Shown piece after piece: positions 16,995 to 23,649 of a DNA stretch of 46,717 nt. The notes under the pieces were generated by a model. It saw only the letters and a program-made list of their open reading frames with translations. It did not search any database and had not been told where the DNA came from. The stretch spans positions 62,001 through 108,717 of the forward strand of contig JAWLHB010000026.1 of the NCBI GenBank assembly GCA_041690595.1. The letters are read 5' to 3'. Source of the DNA: Lentisphaeria bacterium (lineage in GTDB: Bacteria; Verrucomicrobiota; Lentisphaeria; JABSQK01; JAWLHB01). A program made the position numbers and the translations under genes. Each line of letters begins with the position of its first letter. Positions within the stretch are counted from its first letter, which is position 1.

Positions 16995-18626
16995 TCAGGA
17001 GCCGCTCTCCGGTTCTGCCGGTCTGTGCTTCACCAGGAACCACTTGCCCCACTGCCACTCCAACTCGTAATCGTTGCGCAGCCACTGCTCCAGATCGAGC
17101 CAGCGGATGATCGATCTGATTGAGGCGTTCTCGATCTCGGTGAAGCTGTGCAGCAGCATCCACTTCGGTGGATTCGTCAGCAGGGCCTGACGGAACTCAT
17201 CGCGTTTCTCTCCTGGAAATGGCAGGACCTCAGTCTGGAAGATGAAGGGCGCGGGGGTAAAGCTCTCCCGCCCTGTCAAGCCATAGATCCACGTGCCGTA
17301 TGGCATGACAAGCAGGGAATCCTCGGTTGGCACGCGCTCATTGACGGCACGAATGGCGCGATCAAGCCCTTCGCCCAACTCCGGATTGCATTTCCAGCCG
17401 CGAAACGCTTTGACTTGAAGTGCATAGGTGCTGTCATTGTTCTGTGGATTCCAGTGCCAGGTGAGCATGCGGCGGCTCCATCCCGTCTCCAATGTCTGCC
17501 AGGCAAGTGCGAGTAACCAGAGCTGGAGGGCAACGGAGAAGGCGAAGGTCCACCGGTTGCGACGCGGTTGCCGCGGCAGATGGCTGCCTAACCGCATGAG
17601 GCAGGCCAGTTGAACGCCCAACATGGCAAGAGCGGCATGGGGAATCATCGAACCCGTCCACGCGGCCAGGAGGCCGGTGAAAAGAAGCCCCCCCGTCATG
17701 ACCACGACATGGCGGTGCTCGTGCACAAATCGCCAGCGTCCGATGGCGCAAAGCACCAGGAAGGTGATGACATAATAGATGTAGGGAGTCACCACCAAGA
17801 GCCAGGCCAGCTTCAGTGTATCGCTGAACCTGCTGCCCGGTGAGTAGGCAAGCAGCGTCTGATAGACGAAGGCGGGTACATCGATCAGGACCAGAAAGAC
17901 GAGTCCGGCCAGAGCGCAGCCCGCGCAATAGGCGATGAATGCGATCTTTGGCCTGGAGCCGACCAGAAAGAGTGCGGCCAGCGTCAAACCGGCGCCACCA
18001 CCCACGTTAGCTTTGGTCATCAGCGATAAGACGGCGAGGATGCCGGCCGTCACCCCAACCAGCGCTGCCGTTCGGTTACTGGCATAGGGCGAGAAGAAGT
18101 CGACGAGCAAGACCGCCATGATCAACCAGAAGAAGGCATTGTTGTCGTACCAGGGATGGCCGATGGTGCAGTAGAAGACCAGCCCGCAGACCACTGTCGG
18201 CACCAGGGCCATCCACCACGGCAGGCGCTTGCGCGCAATCAGATAGGTCGCTGCCACGACCGCGGCATTGACCACTGCGAGGTGACTCAAGACCGCCATT
18301 CTGGTGAAACCAAAGATGGCGAAAGAGAGCGCGTGCATGTACAGGTGCACGGGGCCGGCTATATACATGAAATCGACGTATGGCTCCTGGCCGCGGTAGA
18401 CACGCCAGCCGGCATCGAGGAAGGCCGACATATCGAAAAAGTCAAAACGATTCTGCGCCAGGTAGCACATGTAGAACGAGCTGAGTGCCGCGATGAAGCC
18501 CACGATCACGGTCTCCATGCCAAGGCGCAGCCAGCGTGACTTCGGCTCGAAGGCAGGGAGCTTCAAACCTTCCCGTGGCACGGCAGGCTGATCGGCGGAA
18601 TCGGGTGTGGAAGATGCCTCCGTCAT
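16995..18626 (-). CDS. Multi-pass membrane protein, putative GT-C fold glycosyltransferase
   Basis: About 11-12 hydrophobic segments. The first loop DFFDMSAFLDAGWRVYRGQEPYVDFMYIAGP has acidic residues as in ArnT/PMT-like enzymes, and there is a soluble C-terminal domain. Adjacent to the GT2 gene. Confidence 0.65.
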   Translation of the reverse strand: MTEASSTPDSADQPAVPREGLKLPAFEPKSRWLRLGMETVIVGFIAALSSFYMCYLAQNRFDFFDMSAFLDAGWRVYRGQEPYVDFMYIAGPVHLYMHALSFAIFGFTRMAVLSHLAVVNAAVVAATYLIARKRLPWWMALVPTVVCGLVFYCTIGHPWYDNNAFFWLIMAVLLVDFFSPYASNRTAALVGVTAGILAVLSLMTKANVGGGAGLTLAALFLVGSRPKIAFIAYCAGCALAGLVFLVLIDVPAFVYQTLLAYSPGSRFSDTLKLAWLLVVTPYIYYVITFLVLCAIGRWRFVHEHRHVVVMTGGLLFTGLLAAWTGSMIPHAALAMLGVQLACLMRLGSHLPRQPRRNRWTFAFSVALQLWLLALAWQTLETGWSRRMLTWHWNPQNNDSTYALQVKAFRGWKCNPELGEGLDRAIRAVNERVPTEDSLLVMPYGTWIYGLTGRESFTPAPFIFQTEVLPFPGEKRDEFRQALLTNPPKWMLLHSFTEIENASIRSIIRWLDLEQWLRNDYELEWQWGKWFLVKHRPAEPESGS

Positions 18627-18629
18627 GAT

Positions 18630-20057
18630 CTATGGACTGTCTGCATCGCGCCACGGGATATGGTCTGGATTCTGGATCGGCAGCTTGGCATTCATGCGGG
18701 CGCGCCACGCTTTCAACATGGTGTGCAGCTCGGCCGTGAGCCGCGGTTCCTGCTCGGCGAGGTTCTGTTGCTCGGCAATATCATCCCGCAGATTGTAGAG
18801 CTCCAGGCTGCCGGTTTCGAAGAACTCGATGAGCTTCCAGTCACCGTGGCGAATGGAAGAACCCGGCGTGCCGCCCTGATTGCCGTAATGGGGATAGTGC
18901 CAGTAAATGGCCTCGCGCTCCAGAGCCTCCTCACCCTTCAGCAACGGCATCAGGCTGACGCCGTCCTGGTGTTGGTCCGGCCGCAACGGCAGGCCCGCCA
19001 TTTCCAGAATGGTTGGATAGAAGTCCGGGCTGGTCGTCGGCACCGAACAGGTTGTGCCGGCGGCGACGCGGTGTGGCCATTTGACAATGAGCGGCTCCCG
19101 GACCCCGCCCTCGTACATCCAGCCCTTCCCTTCGGCCAGGGGAGCATTGCTGGTGGGCGATCCTTCGGCTGTGGAGAGCCCACCGTTGTCGCTGGTGAAG
19201 AAAATCGCGGTGTTATCGGCTTGGCCACTCTCCTCGACTGCCTGCAGCAGCTTGCCGATGTTCTGGTCCATGTTGAAGACCATGGCCGCATAAACGGGAT
19301 CGGACTGAATGATGCGGCGCTGGATGCGCTGCGTCTTCTTGTGCAGGCAGGGAAAGTAATCGCCTTCGACGAGTGGCGCGATTCTGTCCAGCCCCAGTTT
19401 CCGGGCCTTGGCGGTGAAGTAGGCGATATCCTCCGGCTTGGCCTGAATGGGCGTATGTACGGCGTAGTGCCAGAGATTGAGGAAGTAAGGCTTACTGCCG
19501 TCATGCTCGCGAATGAGGCGCGCGGCTTCATCGCCGATATGATCGGTCAAGTATGTTCCGGCTGGAAGCTGGTCGCCGGGGAGATTGGGTATGAACCAGG
19601 GTGCAAAATAGCCCTTGAGGGGGCAACCCCATTCACAGCCACCGATATTGATGTCGAAACCATGCGTTTCGGGATAATGCGTGGCGCGGCCGAGGTGCCA
19701 TTTGCCGACGTGCCATGTCGTATAGCCGCCGTCACGCAACGCCGAGGCGATGGTCTGCTCCTCATGGGGGAGGAGGTCGATGTAGGGCGCATCGATGAGC
19801 CGACCCCGGGCGGGATGGCAATGCTTGCCCCAGTCGATCCAATCCGTGACGCCGACATTTGCCGGGTACTTGCCGCTCAAGATGCTGGCGCGAGTAGGGG
19901 AGCATACTGGGCAGGAGGCATAGGCATCGGTGAAGAGTATGCCTTCGGCTGCCAATTTGTCCAGGTTTGGCGTTTCATAAAATTCGCTGCCGTAGCAGCC
20001 GGTATCCCGCCAGCCATAGTCATCGAGCAGGATAAGGATGATATTGGGCTGTCCCAT
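18630..20057 (-). CDS. Sulfatase (arylsulfatase A-like)
   Basis: PNIILILLDD, CSPTRASILSG, HVGKWHLG, SDNGG, GKGWMYEGG and ELYNL..DIAE..NL. No signal peptide. Confidence 0.93.
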   Translation of the reverse strand: MGQPNIILILLDDYGWRDTGCYGSEFYETPNLDKLAAEGILFTDAYASCPVCSPTRASILSGKYPANVGVTDWIDWGKHCHPARGRLIDAPYIDLLPHEEQTIASALRDGGYTTWHVGKWHLGRATHYPETHGFDINIGGCEWGCPLKGYFAPWFIPNLPGDQLPAGTYLTDHIGDEAARLIREHDGSKPYFLNLWHYAVHTPIQAKPEDIAYFTAKARKLGLDRIAPLVEGDYFPCLHKKTQRIQRRIIQSDPVYAAMVFNMDQNIGKLLQAVEESGQADNTAIFFTSDNGGLSTAEGSPTSNAPLAEGKGWMYEGGVREPLIVKWPHRVAAGTTCSVPTTSPDFYPTILEMAGLPLRPDQHQDGVSLMPLLKGEEALEREAIYWHYPHYGNQGGTPGSSIRHGDWKLIEFFETGSLELYNLRDDIAEQQNLAEQEPRLTAELHTMLKAWRARMNAKLPIQNPDHIPWRDADSP

Positions 20058-20150
20058 TCGCGTAGTCCCCCTGAGTTCACGGACAATTCTGCTGCTGGCC
20101 TGTACTCTACACGCTCTTGCTTCATCGTCTACCGCAAATCTTCAATGATG

Positions 20151-21374
20151 TCAGGCAAGTTCTGACTGACGACGCACCGCTTTCATGAAGCTGCGGCGAT
20201 AGACGAGATAGGAGACCAGCGCCATGAGAGGCACGGCCGCTGCACCGGCCAACGGCACAAGCTGCAGCAGTGTCAACGCCAGGAAGAGAAGACGCAGCAT
20301 GATCTTGAGCAGGATGTTGCGGTGGAAGGGCAGATACGCTTTCAGCGGCGCGATCAGTTGGATGCGGGTATAGATGACACCGACCACCAGACCGAGCAGG
20401 GGCACCAGGCTGATCACGGCGCTGACACCGAGGACGTGCGGCAGACGAAGGGCAAGGCGGTTCACATACTGCTCTGCCGTTGCCACATCGTCGAACGGAT
20501 GCGTCGCACAGGCGGTGCATGCCTGTTCAACACGGCTCTTGGAGAGATGCGTGGCGCACAGACGGCAGCGCTTCTTTTCCAGAAGGCGCAGGCGGTGGGA
20601 GGCTCGATCCTCGACTTGCGCCGGCAGGCTCTGGCCAAGCGCCCCGATCTTGTGAGGCTCAGGATTTTCCGCCTGACAGCTGGGACAGGCAAGCGCACTG
20701 AGGTACATCTCGTGACGGCAGGCGGGGCAGGACGTCTTGCTCTTCTCATCCTGGCGGCGGAAGTGACGCTCGATCAGCCAGATCGTGCCCAGGGCGAAAG
20801 CCACGAGTATCGACATGAAGATCGGGACCAGCAGCAGCAGCCAGAAGCCGAAGAATACCCAGGCATCTTCCATCCAGCTGATCAGCTGGCGAAGCCCAAG
20901 TTCATCACTGTCGTCGGCATCGACCAAGTAGCCGATTACCTGCGCGCGAAGGTGGGCGAACCAAAAGACAACAGCACCGTAGATAAATGCCGGCAGCCCC
21001 TCCGCAAAACCGGCCCTGAACTGCTCGTTCAGATACCCGGCATCCTCGGAAGACAAGACGCCGAAGAGGGTCAGCGTGGCGACGATGGGTTTGAGGTACT
21101 CGTCCACAAGGTTGAGTAGCTCCTGCGCCTCGGGAACCTTGTCCGCCACCAATTCGGCGACCGCCAGAATGCCAAGGGCGATGAAGACGTAATCGTGGCT
21201 CATCCATCCCGGTGCGGCCGCGATGTCCTGAATGAGCTGCACCTTGCTGAGCAACGGAATCTGGTCGCCATAGCGCATGACCGCGGAGGTCAGAAAGGCG
21301 GGAAGAAAGGCCCGGGAGGAAAAGAAGCCGGACAGACCCAGCATATAGAGGATCGACGACAGTGAATATTCCAT
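20151..21374 (-). CDS. DUF4126-like membrane protein with four CxxC motifs
   Basis: N-terminal LAVAELVADKVP and SWMED segments resemble DUF4126. CPAC, CPSC, CRLC and CTAC lie between two TM blocks. Confidence 0.6.
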   Translation of the reverse strand: MEYSLSSILYMLGLSGFFSSRAFLPAFLTSAVMRYGDQIPLLSKVQLIQDIAAAPGWMSHDYVFIALGILAVAELVADKVPEAQELLNLVDEYLKPIVATLTLFGVLSSEDAGYLNEQFRAGFAEGLPAFIYGAVVFWFAHLRAQVIGYLVDADDSDELGLRQLISWMEDAWVFFGFWLLLLVPIFMSILVAFALGTIWLIERHFRRQDEKSKTSCPACRHEMYLSALACPSCQAENPEPHKIGALGQSLPAQVEDRASHRLRLLEKKRCRLCATHLSKSRVEQACTACATHPFDDVATAEQYVNRLALRLPHVLGVSAVISLVPLLGLVVGVIYTRIQLIAPLKAYLPFHRNILLKIMLRLLFLALTLLQLVPLAGAAAVPLMALVSYLVYRRSFMKAVRRQSELA

Positions 21375-21444
21375 CGAATGAGCCTGGTCAGAGGGTTAAG
21401 TGGATCGCGCCATACACTACTTCATAACCGCTCTCGCTTCCATG

Positions 21445-22215
21445 TCAACTCTGCTCGGGATCGACGTCGAAAAAGTGCAGGGCGGTCTCGGTGGTTCGCT
21501 CTGCCAGTTCCTCGGCATCCATCTCCAGAATCCTGGCCGCGCCTTCGACCACATGGCGAACAAAGGCAGGTTCGTTGCGCTTGCCGCGGTGCGGCTTGGG
21601 CGCAAGGTAGGGGGAATCCGTCTCGAACATCAGCCTGTCCAGGGGCACCAGGCGGAGCGACTCCCGCACGTTGTCCGCCTTGCCGAAGGTGAGGATGCCG
21701 GTAAACGAAAGATGCCCACCGATGTCAAGGTAGCGTTGGGCCCATTGGGTTGTGCCCGTAAAACAATGAACCACGAACGGGTGCCCTTCCGGCAGGCAGT
21801 CGCGCAGCATGGCATGGCAATCTTCATCGGCCTCGCGGCTGTGGATGACAGCTGGTAACTGCCAGGCAGCGGCAAGCCCCAGAAAGCTCTCCAGAACACG
21901 TCGCTGTCTGCGCCGGTCGGCAAAATCATAGTGATAGTCGAGGCCGATCTCGCCGACGGCCTTCACCTGCTCCTGCTGCAGCAGTTCTTCGTACGGGCCA
22001 AGCTCGCCCTTGAAAACTTCGGCCTCGTGAGGATGAACTCCGGCCGCGGCATAGACGGTTGGATACCGTTCCAGGCGGGCGAGCGTCTCGCTGATATGTT
22101 CGACCGAGGCACCCGCGAGGAGCATCCAGCGCACGTCGGCCAGCCTGGCACGTTCGACCATGCCGGCCAGGTCATCCTCGGGTTCGAGATGGAAATGGGT
22201 ATCGAAAAGTTTCAT
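21445..22215 (-). CDS. tatD: TatD family hydrolase
   Basis: FDTHFH, GVHPH, VGEIGLDY, IHSREA, VHCFTG, ETDSPYLAP and RGKRNEP. Start placed at ATG 22215. Confidence 0.93.
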   Translation of the reverse strand: MKLFDTHFHLEPEDDLAGMVERARLADVRWMLLAGASVEHISETLARLERYPTVYAAAGVHPHEAEVFKGELGPYEELLQQEQVKAVGEIGLDYHYDFADRRRQRRVLESFLGLAAAWQLPAVIHSREADEDCHAMLRDCLPEGHPFVVHCFTGTTQWAQRYLDIGGHLSFTGILTFGKADNVRESLRLVPLDRLMFETDSPYLAPKPHRGKRNEPAFVRHVVEGAARILEMDAEELAERTTETALHFFDVDPEQS

Positions 22216-22264
22216 GGATCCTGTTTGCTGCTTGTCTTTTGCGGCTGAAAACGTAGCATACTGT

Positions 22265-22459
22265 ATGTTCGGATTCAGAAAAAAGCAGAGGCGATCGTCA
22301 AATCCCCAGCAAAAGATGGCGGATCTGCTGACGACGGGGCAGTTCAACGTGCGGAAACGGCGGCGCGCCCACTTTGGCCCGGTGCGATTGCTGCGCACCT
22401 TCTTCATCTTTCTGGCGCTGCTGCTGCTGGCAATGGGTTTGTGGGGGATCTTGCGTTAG
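22265..22459 (+). CDS. Small basic protein with a C-terminal transmembrane helix (64 aa)
   Basis: MFGFRKKQRR...LRTFFIFLALLLLAMGLWGILR fills an otherwise empty region divergent from tatD. Confidence 0.5.
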   Translation: MFGFRKKQRRSSNPQQKMADLLTTGQFNVRKRRRAHFGPVRLLRTFFIFLALLLLAMGLWGILR

Positions 22460-22686
22460 GCCAGTGATGGCGAGGCTACCAGCGGCCATCGTCTGGTCGT
22501 CCCTTTTCTCCTGAAGTGTGGAACTGCTGTTGACATTCGCAATCTAACTGCAATTGTGTACGACTGCACCTCCCCCCGGGCGATACTTCACCCGCCTGTG
22601 GAGAAGGTGTCCGCGGGGGGCATGTGATGCATTCCAGATGCGTGGGCTCCCCTTGTATAGAAACCTGAAGCAAGGACCCAGCACCT

Positions 22687-23646
22687 ATGATCAAGGCCGA
22701 GAATCTGGTCAAGTTCTTTGGTACAAAGCTGGCTGTCGACGGCATTTCGTTCTCCGTGAAAAAGGGCGAGGTGCTAGGCTTCCTGGGACCCAACGGAGCC
22801 GGAAAGTCGACGACGATGCGGTTAATTACGGGCTTTCTGCCTGCCGACCGCGGCCGGGTCACTATTCTCGATAACGACCTCGACTCCAATCCGATCGAGG
22901 TCAAACAGCAGATCGGTTACCTGCCTGAAGATGCGCCACTGTATGGCGAAATGACCGTGGACGGTTTTCTGCGGTTCATCGCTTCGCTGCGCGGGCTGCG
23001 GGGCAAGGCGGGCAAGGATGCCGTGGATCGAGTCATCGCCACCTGCATGCTCGAACCGGTGCGCTTCCAGACGATCGATACACTTTCCAAGGGTTATACC
23101 CATCGAACCTGCTTCGCGCAGGCCATCCTGCATGATCCCAAGGTGTTGATTCTCGACGAACCGACGGACGGCCTGGATCCCAACCAGAAGCAGGAAGTTC
23201 GCCAATTGATCCGGCGGATGAGCGCGGAGAAGGCGATCATCCTCTCGACACACATTCTCGAGGAAGTGGATGCCGTGTGCAGCCGCGTGCTGATCATCAA
23301 CAATGGTCGCATCGTAGCCGACGGTGTGCCGGCCGAACTGCGCGAGCGCGCTGCCGGAGCAAGTCGCATTCATCTGGCGGTTGCCGGTCCCAAGTATCAG
23401 GACCTGCAGAGCGCCTTGCGGAAAGTCAATGGCGTGAAAGAGGTCACCTTGCTCGAAGAGAAGGGCAATCGCACGCGGGTTCTGGTCGACACCGGCAAGC
23501 CGGAGGCACGGGAAGAGGTGCTCAGGCACGTTTCGGATCTGTGCTTGCAGCATCGCTGGCCGATCTTGGAAATGAGAGCGGAACACGGCGATCTGCTGGA
23601 TGTTTTCCGTAGTTGTACTGCCACCACCAAAAAGCAGGAGGCGTAA
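22687..23646 (+). CDS. ABC transporter ATP-binding protein (GldA-like)
   Basis: Walker A GPNGAGKST, signature LSKG, Walker B LILDEPTDGLDP, and STHIL. Confidence 0.93.
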   Translation: MIKAENLVKFFGTKLAVDGISFSVKKGEVLGFLGPNGAGKSTTMRLITGFLPADRGRVTILDNDLDSNPIEVKQQIGYLPEDAPLYGEMTVDGFLRFIASLRGLRGKAGKDAVDRVIATCMLEPVRFQTIDTLSKGYTHRTCFAQAILHDPKVLILDEPTDGLDPNQKQEVRQLIRRMSAEKAIILSTHILEEVDAVCSRVLIINNGRIVADGVPAELRERAAGASRIHLAVAGPKYQDLQSALRKVNGVKEVTLLEEKGNRTRVLVDTGKPEAREEVLRHVSDLCLQHRWPILEMRAEHGDLLDVFRSCTATTKKQEA

Positions 23647-23649
23647 ACG

